Shown in pieces: positions 1 through 13,520 of a DNA stretch of 64,000 nucleotides (its first letter is position 1; each line of letters starts with the position of its first letter). The notes under the pieces were generated by a model, which was not told where the DNA came from, made no database searches, and was given only the letters and a program-made list of their open reading frames with translations. The position numbers and the translations under genes were made by a program. Source of the stretch: Camelus ferus (taxonomy: Eukaryota); the NCBI RefSeq assembly GCF_009834535.1, contig NC_045697.1, positions 90,398,001 to 90,462,000 of the forward strand, in the 5' to 3' direction.

Positions 1-510
1 CAATCTGTTTTCCACACAGGAGCCAGAGTAATCTTTTAAAACATAAAACAGATCATGTCCGTCCCTTGCTTAAACCCTTCAAATGGTTTCATCTGGAACA
101 AAATTCAAATTCTTTACCTATGGCTGCCTGCCAAGTTCCATAAAATCTGGACCTGTCTGTATCTGTATTTCTGGCTTAATCTCCTAATCTCCCTCTCACA
201 CAGTACACTTTAGCCATACTGGCTTTCTGTATATTCCTCAAATATATCAGCTTTTTACATTTCCTCTTACACTTTCACATGAGTCATTTCTCTGTGCCTA
301 AACTGCTATGAATATTTGAGTGGCTAGCTCATTATTGTCACGCAGGTCCCAATTAAAATGTTACTTCTCAGCAAGGTCTTTACCTATGACTCACTCTAAA
401 ATAGCCATCTGCCTTCTTTCTTCATTTCACCCTGTTTTAGTATCATTGTAACACTGATCACTACTTGACCTTATCTTATTTAAAATTTTATTGGCTGTCT
501 CCCTCTTCTA
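1..510 (+). mobile_element. LINE-2 (L2) 3' region fragment, ancient
   Basis: Characteristic L2 motifs: ccacacaggagccagagtaatcttttaaaacataaaacagatcatgtc, cttaaacccttcaaatgg, aaatgttacttctcagcaaggtctt. Confidence 0.75.
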
Positions 511-1797
511 AATCAAGCCTTCTCAGAAGAAATTACTACTGCCCTTTCAGAAATAAAAAAGAATTATAATGGAGTACTATGAGCAACTGTACACCAAAAA
601 ATTAATAATTTAGATGAAATGGATGAATTCCTAGAAAGATAAAAACTACTAAAACTGAATCAAGAAAAAACAGAAAACCAGAATAAGCCCACAAAAATTA
701 GAAACTGAATTATTAATTTTAAAAATTCCCATAAATAAAAGACCATGGCCAGTTGGCTTCACTAGGGAGTTCTACCAAAAATTTAAGAAGAATTACTAGA
801 GAGTTGAGATCAAGATGACAAATCAGGAAGATTCTGAGTTCATTTCATTCCAAAGGCACACAAAAAATATAACTACTTAGAGAGTAACTACCTTTGCAGT
901 GACCTACAGAACAGAAGAAAAGATTTTCCACAACAAAAGATCTAAAAAAGGAGCCACAACAAGGTGAGTAGGAGGGGCAGAGATGCAGCCCAGTCAGGAC
1001 CCATACTCTTGGCATGGTAATCCACAAGCTGAAGGGATATCACAACCACACCAGTCTCCTCAAGCAGCAAGAGGTCCAAGCCCCATTCACCCTTCCTACA
1101 CCATGGGTTCTGCCCTGGGAAGGCGAGCCTCCAAAATATCTGGTTTTGAAAACCAGCTGGGCTTGCACTCAGGAGAGTCAGAGGGCGGTAAATAACTGAG
1201 ACTTCACCCTTAACAGATGTGTGCAAAAACACACTCACTTTGAGTCCCAGCAGATATAGCATTTGAAAGCTGAGTCAGACCTAGGTCAGACCCAGTTGCT
1301 AATTTGGAAAGCCTCATGGAGAAGTTGGAGGCAGGTGGAACTCCCCCCCAGCGACTGAGATGCTGGTAGCATCCATTTTGTGATCTCATCCTACCATGCT
1401 GACATGCATGCTGGTGGGCCTTCCCTGGGGGTCTAGCACTGGGGGTCTGCCCCACCAACAAGCATGCCTGAACAGTCACATTATGGTGAGCCTCACAACC
1501 ACCCATACCAGGGTCCTGCCCCACTCAAGAGTGCATCTACAGCAGTCACACAAAGCAAGTCCTCACAGCCCAGTTAGGGGCCAGCCTTGCCTACCAATGT
1601 GCTTGCAGCAGTTAGCCCCACCAAAAAAGAAGGATGCACACAGCCCATAGAGGGTACACTCCTAGAGAATTTGGCTCTGGTTGCCAAAGGGGAGCATGCT
1701 AGTAGACCCCACATCTCCAACATAAAGCCACTTCTCCAATACCAGAAGATATAAAAAACATACCTAATACATAGAAATAAACAGAGAATTAGGCAAA

Positions 1798-2700
1798 ATG
1801 AAGAGACAAAGGAAAATTGTCCAAACAAAAGGAAAAGGCAAAACCTCAGAAAAATAACTAAATGAAACAGATAAGCAATCTACCGACAAAGAGCTCAAGC
1901 TAATGATCGTAAAGATGCTCACCAAACTTGAGAGAAAAATGAATGAACACAGTGATAACTTCAATGAAGAGTTAGAAAATATAAAAAAGAACTAATCAGA
2001 CCTGAAGAATGCAATAACTAATATAAAAGATACACTAGAGGGAATAAACAGTAGATTAGATTATACAGAACAATGGATCCACAATATGGAAGACAGAGTA
2101 TTGGAAATCACTGAAGCTGAACAGAAAAAAGAAAAGAGAATTTTTTAAAAATGAGGTTAATGTAAGAGACCTCTGGGGCAACCACATGTGTACTGATACT
2201 TGTATTATGGGTGTCCCAGAAGGATAGAAGAGAGAGAAAGGGGCAGAGAACTTATTTGAAGAAATAATAGCTGAATATTTCCCTAACCTGGGAAAGAAAA
2301 CAGACATCCAGATCCACGAAGCACAGAGAATCCTAAACAAGATGAACCCAAAAGGTCCACAATCAGACACATTATACTTAAAACATCAAAAAATAAAGAT
2401 AAAGAGAGAATTTTAAAAGTAGCAAGAGAAAAGCAAGTAGTTATATTCAAGGGAATTACCATAAGACTATAAGCTGACTTTTTCACAGAAACTTTGCAGA
2501 CCAGAAAAAAGTAGCATGATATAGCCAGTGTGCTGAAAAGGAAAAATCCTACAACCAGTAATACTCTATCTGGCAAAGTTATTACTCAGAAGTGAAAGAG
2601 AAATAAAAAATTGTATGGCAAGCAAAAACCAAAACAATTCACCACCACTAAACTGACTAAACATTAAAAATTACAGGAAATGTTTAAAGGACTTCTCTAA
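1798..2700 (+). pseudogene. L1 ORF1p remnant with multiple stops and frameshifts
   Basis: ATG at 1798; ORF1-type motifs (IMGVPEG, FEEIIAE.FPNL, ILKVAREK); TAA at 2698-2700. Confidence 0.8.
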
Positions 2701-3177
2701 GCAGAAAAGAAAAGGCCATAATCAGATAAGAAAATCATGAAAGAAAAAAAAATAACAAGTAAAGGAAGACATATAGTAAAGATAGTGGATCAACCACCTA
2801 TAAAGCTAAAAGTTAAAACATAAAAGTAGTAAGATCATCTATATCCACAGTAAGTAGCTCAGAGCCACACAAAATAAAAAGATGTAAAATATGACATCAA
2901 AAGCAATAAATATTGGAGGAGTAAAAATGCAGGGCTTTTAGAATGCAACCAAATTTAAGAGATCATCAATTTAAAATAGACAGCTATATACACAGATTGT
3001 TATATATGAACCTCATGGTAACAAAACAACCAAAAACCTATAATAGATACCAAAACATAAAAATAAAAAGCAATCTAAACATAATACTAAAGACAGTCAT
3101 CAAGTCACAAGAGAAGAGAGCAAGAGAAGAAAAGAATAAAAAAGAACTACAAAAATAACCAGAAAACAATTAACAAA

Positions 3178-6100
3178 ATGGCAGTAAGTACATGACCATC
3201 TATAATTACTTTAAATGTAAATGGACTAAATGCTCCAATCAAAAGACATAGGATAGTTGAATGAATAAAAAAATAAGACCCATATATACACTGCCTACAA
3301 GGGACTCACTTCAGGTCTAAAGACAATCAAAGACTAAAAGTGAAGGGATAGAAAAGATAATCCATGCAAATGGAAACAAAAATAAAATTGGGGAAGCAAT
3401 ACTTATATCAGACAAAATTGATTTTAGAGACTTCAACAAAATACAAAGAAAGGCATTACATGATAATAAAGAGATCAATACAACAAGAGAGTATAACAAT
3501 TGTAAATATCTATATACCCAACATAGGGGCATATAAATATATAGAGTAAATACCAACAGACATAAAGGGAGAAACAGACAGTAATACAATTATGAAAGGG
3601 GATTTAACACCCAACTTACATCAATTGTTATATCATCTAGACAGAAAATCAGTAAGGAAACATTGGTCTTAAACAACATATCATACCAGATGAACTTAAT
3701 ATATATGGAATATTTCATCCAAAAGCTATAGAACATGCACTCTTTTTCTAATGTGCATGAAACATACTCCAAGATAAATCACATGCTAGGCCATAAAACA
3801 AGTCTCAATAAATTAAAGAAGACTGAAATTATATCAAGCATTTTTTCCAACCACAATGGCATGAAACTTACTAGATACTTACAAACAGAAAAATAGAAAA
3901 ACAAAAACATATGGAAGATAAACAACATGCTACTAAACAACCAATAGGTTACCAACGAAATCAAAGAAGAAATTAAAAAATACCTGAGACAAATAAAAAT
4001 GGAAACACTCCACACCAAAATCTATGGGATAAAACAAAAGCAGTTCTAAGAACAAAGTTTATTCTGATATAACTTTCCCTCAAGAAAGGAGAAATATCTC
4101 AAATAGACAATCTAACATTATACCTAAAGGAACCAGAGAAAGAAGAACAAAGACCAAAGCTGGCAGAAGAAGGAAAATAATAAAAATCAGAGCATAAATA
4201 AATCAAAGAGACATGCAAAAAAAACAAAAAAAAAAAATCAATGAAACTAAGAGCTGGTTCTTTGAACGGTTAAACAAAATCAATAACCTTTAACTTGATT
4301 CATCAAGAAAAAGAGAGGACCCAAATAAATAAAATCAGAAACAGAAAAGGAGAAGTTACAACAAACACCACAGAAATCCAACAATCAGAAGAGATAACTA
4401 CAAAGAATATACACCAACAAACTGGACAACCTAAAAAACTGGACAAAATCCTACAAATATATAATCTTCCAAGACTGAATCAGGAAGAAATAGAAAATCT
4501 GAACAGACCTGTTACTAACAGTAAAATTGAACCAGTAATCAAAAACTTGCCAAGAAAAAAGAATCTAGGACCAAATGACTTCACAGGTGAATTCTAAAAA
4601 ACATTTGAAGAAGAGCTAATATCTATCTTCCTCAAACTATTCCAAAAAAGTACAGAGGAAGTATCACCTTCAATTCTTTCCACCAACATTACTCTAATAC
4701 CAAAATCATACAAAGACAATACAAAGAAAGAAAATAACAGGTCAGTATCCCTGATGAACACAGATGTAAAAATTCTCAACAAAATACTAGCAAACTGAAT
4801 TCAATAATACATTAAAAGGAGCATATACCATGATCAAGTAAAATTTATCCCAGGGATGCAAGGATGATTCAATATAGAAAAATCAATCAATGTGATAAAC
4901 CACAATAATAAGATAAAAGATAAAAATTATACGATCATCTCATCGGATGTAAAAAAAAAAAAAAAGCATTTGACCAAATCTGATATCAATTTATGAAGAA
5001 TATTCTCAACAAAGTAGGTATAGAGGGAACACACATCAACATAATAAAAACCAAATATGACGAACTCGCAGCTAACATCATACTGAACTCTGAAAAACAG
5101 AAAGCTTTTCCTTTAACATGAGGAACAAAACAAGGATGCATACTCCTCTTTTATTCAATATAGTACTGAAAGTTCTAGCCACAGCAATCAGACAAGAAAA
5201 AGACAAAGGCATTCAAACTGGAAAAGAAGAGGTAAACTGCCACTATTTGAAGATGACATGATACCAATTTTAGAAAACCCTAAAGCCTCCACCAAAAAAA
5301 TACTAGAACTAATAAATGAATTCAGTAAAGTTACATGATACAAAATTAATATACAGAAATCTGTTGCTTTTCTACATGGTAATAACAAACTAACAGAAAT
5401 GGAAGTCAAGAAAATACTCCCATTTACTACTGTATCAAAAAGAATAAAATACCTAGGAAAAAATTTAACTATGGAGATGAAAGACCTGTACTCTGAAAAC
5501 TATAAAACACTAATAAAACATGTTGAAAACAACACAAATAAATAGAAAGATATACCATGCTCATGAATTAGAAAAAATAATATTGTTTAAAATGTCCATA
5601 CTACCCAAAGCAATCTACAAGTTTAGTGCAATCCCTATCAAAATATCAATGGCATTTTTCAAAGAACTAGAACAAACCATCCTATAATTTGTATGGAACC
5701 TTGAAAGACCCTGATTGGCCAATGCAATCTGGAAAAATAAAAAAGAACAAAGCTGAAGGTATTATGCTCCATGATTTCAAAATATACTACAAATTTGATT
5801 ACTACATTTAGTAATCAAAACATTATGGCACTGATAGAAAAAAACAAACACATAGATCAATGTTAACAGAAATAGAGAACCCAGAAATAAACCCATGTTT
5901 ATACAGTCAATTAATCTACAACAAAATGGGCAACAATATAAAAAAAGGGAAAGACAGTCTCTTCATTAAAAGGTAATGGGAAAACTGGACAGATACATAC
6001 AAAGAATCAAACTGGACCAACACTTTTCCACCATATCTAAAAATAAACACAAAACAGATTAAAGACATAAATTTAAGACTTGAAATTATATAACTCCTAG

Positions 6101-7049
6101 GAGAAAACAGGCAGTACACTCTCTGACATCAGTCTTGGCAATATCTTTTTGGATCTGTCTCCTCAGATCCAAGGGAAATGAAAAGAAAAATGAACAAATG
6201 AAACAATATCAAATCAAAAAGCTTTTTGCACAGCAAAGGAAACCATCAACAAAAGAAAAAAGCCATCTAGTTTTCATTTTGGAGAAGGTATTTTTAAATG
6301 ATACATCTGATAAGAGGTTAATATCTAAAATATCTAAAATAGACGAAGAACTCATACAACTCAATATCAAAAAAAAAAAAAGCAATCCAGTTAAAAAATG
6401 GACAGAGGACCTGAACAGATATTTTTCCAAGGAAGACATATGGATGGCCAACAGATAAATGAATTATCACTAATTATAATTACCACTAATTATCAGGGAA
6501 ATTAATTTAAAACCACAATGACATATCACTTCACACCTGTCAGAATGGCTCTTATCAAAAAAAAAAATGTTATCTTTTTGAGGTTGTGGAGAAAAAGAAA
6601 CCCTTATAACACTATTGATGGGAATGTAAATTAGTGCAGCCACTATGGAAAACAGCATGGAGGTTCTTCAAAACAATTAGAAATAAAACTACCATATGAT
6701 TCCATAATTCCAATTCTGGGTATTTTTCTGAAGAATACAAAAAACTAACTCAAAAAGATATATGTGCCCCTATGTTTATTGCAACATTATTTACAATAGC
6801 CAAGATATGGAAGCAACATAAGTGGCTATCAACAGACGAGTGGATAAAGAAAATGTGTGTGTGTGTGTGTACACACATACATATATATACGTGTGTGTAT
6901 GTGTTTATAGATACATAATGGAATATTAGCCATAAAAGTGAAACCTCGCCATTTGCAATAACATGGATGTATCTAGAGGGTATTATGCTAAGTGAAATAA
7001 GTCAGACAGAGATAAACACCGAATGATTTCACTTATACGTGGAATCTAA
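3178..7049 (+). pseudogene. L1 ORF2p remnant (endonuclease / reverse transcriptase), heavily disrupted
   Basis: Start ATG 3178 followed by ITLNVNGLNAPIKRH; ORF-track pieces (VNIYIPNIGA, PNDFTGEF); RT motif degraded to LFEDDM at ~5243; ends ggaatctaa. Confidence 0.85.
6855..6905. repeat. (TG)n/(TA)n compound microsatellite inside L1
   Basis: tgtgtgtgtgtgtgtgtacacacatacatatatatacgtgtgtgtatgtg. Confidence 0.85.
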
Positions 7050-7286
7050 AAAACAAAACAGAAATAGACTCACAGATACAGAAAAGAAATGGGTAGTTCC
7101 CAGGGGGGAAGTGGGTAGGAGAGTGAATGAAATAGGTGAAGAGGAGTAAGAGATACAAACTTCTAGTCATATAATAAGTAACTCATGGGGACATAATGTG
7201 CATTATAGGGAATATAGTCAACAATAGTGTAGTAACTTTGAATGGTGACAGATGGTTACTAGACTTACCATGGTGATCGTATTCTT

Positions 7287-7465
7287 TTTCTTTTGTAGTG
7301 GGCATAGGTAATCAGGTGTATGTATGAATGTATGTATGTCTTTTTAGTTTTGTTTTTTTTAATGGAGGCTTTTAATTTTTTCTTTAATGGCGGTACTCAG
7401 GATTGAACCCAGAACCTTGTGTATGCTAAGCACACACTCTGTCACTGAGCTATACCCTCCCCACC
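7287..7465 (-). mobile_element. tRNA-derived SINE (Vic-1-like) inserted in the L1 3' UTR
   Basis: Reverse strand reads ggggagggtatagctcagtgacagagtgtgtgcttagcatacacaaggttctgggttcaatcc (A/B-box tRNA head). TSD ggtgatcgtattctt (7272-7286) / ggtaatcatattctt (7466-7480). Confidence 0.85.
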
Positions 7466-8087
7466 GGTAATCATATTCTTGATGTACATAAATGCTGAGA
7501 CACTGTGTTGTATACCTGAACCTAACATAATATTGTATGTCAAATCTACTTCAATAAAAAAATAATACAGTAGCATTAACATTAATACTTAATACAAAAT
7601 TAATACTTCACACACTTTCACAAAATAGAAGAGGAGGGAACAGCTCCCAGTTCAATCTATGAGGCCACTATTCTGTGATACCAAAAGCAGAAAGACATCA
7701 CAAGAAAACTGAAGATCAATATCTCTTATAGAAGCAAAAATCCTCAACAAAATACTAGCAAACCTAATCCATTAGCATATAAAAAAGATTATACACCATG
7801 ACCAATTAATGTATTAAACTGTATCAATAAAATAATGGACAAAAACCACTTAATTATCTCAATTAATGCAGAAAAGGAATTCCACAAAATTCAACATTCC
7901 TTCATGATAAAAATACTCAATAAACAAGGAATAGAGGAGAACTTCCTCAACCTGATAAAGGTCGTCTTGGGAAACCCCACAGCTAGCTTCATACATCATT
8001 GTTAAAGACTCAATGCTTTTCTCTTAAGATCAGGAACAAGACAAGGATATCTGCTCTCAACACTTCTATTAAAAATTGTATTGGACC

Positions 8088-8557
8088 CAATGGAATACTA
8101 CTCAGCCATAAAAACTGACAACATAACGCCATTTGCAGCAACATGGTTGCTCCTGGAGAATGTCACTGTAAGTGAAGTAAGCCAGAAAGAGAAAGAAAAA
8201 TACCATATGAGATCGCTCATATGTGGAATCTAAAAAACAAACAAACAAACAAACAAAAACAAAGTGTAAATACAGGACAGAAATAGACTCATAGACAGAG
8301 AATACAGACTTGTGGTTGCCAGGGGGGCGGAGGGTGGGAAGGGATAGACTGGGATTTCAAAATTGTAGAATAGATATACAAGATAATACTGTATAGCACA
8401 GGGAAATATACACAAAACGTTATGGTAGCTCACAGAGAAAAAAATGTGACAATGAGTGTGTATATGTCCATGTATGACTGAAAAATTGTGCTGAACACTG
8501 GAATTTGACACAACATTGTAAAATGATTATAAATCAATAAAAAATGTTAAAAAAAAA
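8088..8557 (+). mobile_element. Young L1 3' fragment (5'-truncated)
   Basis: Near-identical to 18820-19170 of the young full-length L1, with a complete 3' end (aatcaataaaaaatgttaaaa). Perfect 17-bp TSD aaaaattgtattggacc (8071-8087 / 8553-8569). Confidence 0.92.
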
Positions 8558-8567
8558 TTGTATTGGA

Positions 8568-9141
8568 CCAAGAGCACAAAATATCTTTCCATTTCTTTGT
8601 ATCATCTTCAATTTCCTTCATCAATGTTTTACAGTTTTCAGAGTTTAGGTAACCTCCTTGGTTAAGTTTATTTCTATGTATTTTGTTGTTTTTGATGCAA
8701 TGGAAATGTCTATGCCAGTTATAAAATTCTGGTTTTTGAAGTGGAAAAAAAAAGTGAAGGAGAGGCCACAAATGGGAAAATATCCTTCTTTCTTACGGGT
8801 GAGTTGTATTCCATTATTTATATATGCTGCATCTTTTTTATTCATTCATCTATTGATGTGCACTTAGGATGTGTCCATATCTTGGCAATTAAAAATAATG
8901 TTGCTGTTAATAGCAAGGTTTATGTATCTTTTTGAATTAATTCTTATCTTGTAGTTAGCTTTATTCCTTTGATAACTATTTAAGTTTAAAAAGCGAGAAA
9001 GCTCTTCATGTTCTTAGAAACAATGAACAGTACATATATGTAAATTTTAAAAAATATGTGCAGTATATAGTATATATGTATTTACATGCAATCAGTCAAA
9101 CTGTAACAATTCTACCGAATAAAACAGAAAAATAAAAAAAA
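8568..9141 (+). mobile_element. Composite poly(A)-tailed retro-insertion (antisense L1 pieces plus non-L1 sequence)
   Basis: Flanked by aaaaattgtattgga (8553-8567 / 9137-9151). Ends in AATAAA and an A-rich tail. Contains two non-contiguous minus-strand L1 fragments (~8570-8705, ~8770-8940). Confidence 0.65.
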
Positions 9142-10639
9142 TTGTATTGGAGGGTCTATCTAGAGCAATTAGGCAAGAAGATAAACTAAAAGGCATCTAG
9201 AAAGGAAAGAAGAATGTATACCTATTTCTACTTATGTATAATGATTTTTTGTATACAGAAAACCCTAAAGAACCTACTAAAAACCTATTAGAACTAATAG
9301 ACAAGTTCAACAATGTTATAGCATACAAGATCAACATACAATAATCACTTGAATTTCTATACACTAGGAATGAACAATCTAAAAATGAAGTTAATAAAAT
9401 TCAATTTATGTAGCATCAAAATGAATAGAATACTTAGGAAAAAATTTAACAACAAAAGGCACAAAGTTTATACTCTAAAAAGTATAAATTACTGAAAGAA
9501 ATTTAAGAAAGTAAGTAGAGAGACCCAAGTAAGCATTTAGTAGACTTAATATTGTTAAGATGGCAAGACCTACAGATTCAACACAATCCTTACAAAATCC
9601 CAACTGACTTTTTGGCACCAATTGACAAGTTAATCCTAAAGTTCATGTGGAATTTTAAATGACTCAGAATATCCAAAGCAATCCTGGAAAAGAATAACAA
9701 AGTAGGACTCCTAATTTCAACACTTACTACAAAGCTACAGTAATCAAGACAGTATGATACTGGCATGAGGATAGACATATAGATTAAAGGAATAAAATTT
9801 AAAGTCCAGAAATAAACTCTTATGTTTACAGTAAACTGATTTTTTATTAAATGTGCAAAGGCAATTCTATAAGGAAAGAACAGTCTTTTCAACAAATGGT
9901 AATGAGACAACAAAACATACATTATGCAAGAAGAAATTAAACTGAATGCTTTCACATAGCACACAAAAATTAACTCAAAATGGATCACAGACATAAATGA
10001 AAGAGCTAAAACTATAAAACTCTTAGGAAAAAATAGTACATCTTCGAGACGTTGGATTTGGCAATGGTTTCTTTTTTTATATGATACCAAAAGCATAAGC
10101 AACAAAAGGAAAAATATGTAAGTTAGACTTCATCGAAATTAAAAACTCGTTTGCTACAAAAGATCACATCCATACAGTAAAAAAATAATCCAGACTGGGA
10201 GAAAATATTTGCAAATCATATATCTGGTAAGGGACTTGTATCTAGAATTGTAAAGAACTCTTAGGACTCAAAAATAAAGGATAAATAACAAAATCTAAAA
10301 ATGTGCAAAGGATCTTTATAAACATTGCTCCAAAAAATTGTAGAAATGGCCATTATTAGTCATGATTAGCCATCAGGGCCACTTCACAGCCACTAGGATG
10401 ACTAAAATCAAAAAGATAGTAACAACTGTTGGTGAAGATATTATATTGCCACTCCCATCTGCAGGTCAGCTGATTGTTAAAACTCTGTACTTGATTTAAA
10501 TTATAAAATAGATACGAATCAAGCATTTTTCAGGAAATATATTCTGAAATTTATTGTTGTGTCATACCCATAACAAACTTAGTAGAGAGAAATAATATCT
10601 ATGGAGGACTATCTGAAGAAAATGTCATGCATCCGTTAT

Positions 10640-10750
10640 TCTTGCCCATGCCTAGACACTACCCAAGGCCAAAGGAATCAGAATTTTGGAGGGTGGGCCT
10701 AGGTATCTGTGTTCTACAAAAGCATGAAAAGGGATTCTTATTAGAAATAT
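10640..10750. mobile_element. MER5-type hAT DNA transposon fragment
   Basis: gaatcagaattttggagggtgggcctaggtatctgtgtt resembles the MER5A core. Confidence 0.5.
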
Positions 10751-11749
10751 TCCATTCTAAAAGTTACTCTTGGATTAAATACCAGACCACCATAAAACTG
10801 AGTATCCAAATGCATTACATTAGATTCTACCATACACACATTATAGAATTTATTTTCTGGAATAATGATTTGAATTAATGTCAAGCTATCCTGATGATTT
10901 TATTTAGATCCCCATGAAGTTTCTCAGTGTATTTATCATAAATATGATGCTAAAGACATTTGTATTTACCATATCTCACAGTGTCCTCACTATGAAGTCT
11001 CGAGTGAGGTTTCATTCTGACCTCACTATCAAAATAATCAAAATAAAGCCCCCCTGAACTATTTTTATGTCATGAATACTGTGAATCATGTAACTGATCT
11101 TGTGTTCTGCTTTGGGTTGGCTATATAGCCTGGAGCCAAAAGTTGTTTCCATCCCTAGTAGAAGTACAGTATCTCTCAGTCAAAGCTTTGTGTACTAACC
11201 TTATCTTTGACCTCATCTCAACTTTTTCATCAAGCACCAAAGCAATGACTCTGAACTATTCCAGTACCTTCAAGGTTCCATAAAAATTAGTTTCCATGTT
11301 TTGTCATGACATCGGAAAACACTGGGAAGCATAGCTTTAAGGTGTCAGTGCTGTATAACAGTCTGTGACAAAGTGGGAGAAAATATTTCCCTTAACTTAT
11401 AAGAAAAAGGGATCGTCCTGCTGATATCCATAATGTTGCACAAAGTTTTCTATGAACTGCTCTTTCTCTTTTTATGTCTGCATCAACTCACACTCTCCAA
11501 TATATGCAGATATGAAATACTGGGTCAGAAGGAAAATCCAAGTAGAAGATACCATTCAAAAAATTAGGATCTCCATTTTACTCAAAGGACCAGAGATGTT
11601 TGCCAGGAGGCTTAATAGTGTCCCTGTAAATAAATTTCTGGTAATACTTTTGAATCACCTCACCAGGCATGTCTAGAGCTCAGTTAGACTCTAGTTAAGA
11701 CCTATTCTCCCCGGGTTTCTATATATTACACACTCAGGCAATAAAAATA

Positions 11750-11850
11750 AATTATCTAATTTAATCCTTACAACAATCCCAATCAAAAGGAATTATCATC
11801 CCATTTTACAGATGAGGAAACTGAGTTTCAGAGAAGTAAAGAATTTTCTG
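11750..11850 (-). mobile_element. MIR SINE core
   Basis: cccattttacagatgaggaaactgagtttcagaga. Confidence 0.8.
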
Positions 11851-12236
11851 ATACCTAAATTTGGAAACAATTCAATGGGTATACACTGTCTTCAGATCAC
11901 ATACTCTTTGAATCTGGGATGCTTTCAGGTCTTTCAATCATTATTACTTTAATCATTGTGCCATCAACTGCCATTCTAGCATGTCCATCCAACACATAAT
12001 TCCTTAATTATATGCACCAACAATAAATACACGCAGTTCACTCTGGTTCATTTTTAAGATTTTTCACTGCACTGGAAATAAAGAACTTATGGGTTTGTTA
12101 AGTCTCTTAAAACTATAGACTCAAAAAGAAAAGAGAAAAAAAAAACCTATAGACTCCTAAAACTAAGCTACCAATACAAAAATCAAAAAGTCAAATTCAG
12201 GACCATCAAGAAAACTCTTTCAAAAGGAACCCTAAT

Positions 12237-13520
12237 GAGACGGACAAGATGGCGGAATAGAAGGACGCTCGCAGGTCACCCTCTCCCACAAATACACCAA
12301 GACCCACATCTACAGACCCACTCAGCCAACCAGAGCACCTGTGGAACTCCGACAGAACATCGCCCTCTTCAAAAGATAAACACGCCAAAAATCTGGTAGG
12401 AGAAAAGGAAAAAAGAAAGAGCAAAAGGCAAAGCAGCGCAGGACGGGTCCCGCGGGGAGGGAGCGGCAAAGGAGGACTGGCGCTCTCTCGCTGGGTCTCC
12501 CCTCTCCAACTGAGAGGCCAGCGGGACGGAGGGGGAGCCTCCGAGGCTCAGATCTGTACAGAGCAGCCCTTCACTAACAGAACTAAGCTAAAGGGGCATA
12601 GAGTGTCCCCCCGACACCCAGCCTGAGACGCGGGCCTGCAGCCGCGGGCAGGGCCAGGCTGCACAAGCCGGGCGGAGGACGGAAGTGGCTGCACGGAGTT
12701 AGCCCCGGGGGATTGCAGGGGGGTGCGCGCCGAGGCTGTGGGTGCACAGGGCAGAACAACTTGGGCCCTCCATAAAACAGCAAGGTTGATGTGCTCTAGG
12801 GGGAAGGGTGCACACTCCCATCTCTGAAAACCCGCGGAAAGTTTTCCGAGGAAGAGAGGCGGGGCTCAGGCACAGCCACCATATCCTCCGCACTGAGCAC
12901 TCAGGCGGGGGCGGGGGCGAAACCTGCATCCGCACCAAAGGGCTTAGCAGCCTCAAAGGCCAGACTGAGACTGGCCTGCAGCCCGGGGCAGATAGGATCC
13001 TTCCATCCTGGTCCCTCAGAGAACTTGCTCCACAAAGACAAACAAGGAGCTGGATTTTGGCTCAGAGCAGGGACAGGGCAGTCCCTCGGTCTTCCCGAGC
13101 CCACCCGCGGAGCGGCGACCAGGGCGGAGCGCCGACCAGGGCGGAACGCACAGCCGCACAGAGCAGCGGAGCTACCGGCAGCACAGGTAGAGCGAGAGCG
13201 GCCCCCCGCCTTTCGGGCAGGAACACAGCCCCTGACCGAGGTGCTGGGAGGGGGCACGACCCGCCCTCCTACCTGGCCAGTCTGCAACATCTGACTGCGG
13301 CATCCGGAGGGGCAGCGACCCGCCCGCCCACAGCAGAGAGCTGCACCTGACCCAGTGTTAGGAGGAGGCGCGATCTGCTTGCCTACAGGTGCTGGGAGCA
13401 GCACAGAAGAGGGCGCCAACGGAGGGCCTCTGAAAACAGCAAGCTGAGCTTCCAAAACAGGACGAAGACAGAAAGACTTCACATTAAAAGCACACAGACT
13501 CAAGGAGAACACCGACAAAC
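12237..13520 (+). promoter_or_regulatory. L1 internal Pol II promoter / CpG-rich 5' UTR
   Basis: High CpG density; YY1-type motif CAAGATGGCGG at 12246-12256; short tandem unit cgaccagggcgga twice at ~13116-13146. Confidence 0.75.

Larger units (their letters stand above)
799..7570 (+). mobile_element. Older full-length LINE-1, decayed, nested in the older L1
   Basis: 5' end gagagttgagatcaagatg, ~1 kb CpG-depleted 5' UTR, ORF1 and ORF2 remnants, 3' UTR ending tcaataaaaaaa at ~7551-7563. The host L1 frame resumes afterwards. Confidence 0.9.
547..10440 (+). mobile_element. Old 5'-truncated LINE-1 (ORF2 remnant) hosting nested insertions; its own pieces are ~547-798, ~7600-8085 and ~9137-10440
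   Basis: Degenerate ORF2 sequence is collinear across the interruptions: the GFT.EFYQ.FKEEL region (760-798) resumes as ..KIEEEG..P.S.YEA (7620-7665), and PLL..IVL (8061-8085) resumes as ..RAIRQE (9160-9180). Confidence 0.85.

Noticed and set aside
12901..13518. 205-codon antisense ORF (and the overlapping 180-codon sense ORF) in the L1 5' UTR, superficially like primate ORF0
   Set aside because: Non-ATG start, GC-rich stop-poor sequence and no recognisable domain; conservation across subfamily copies would be needed.
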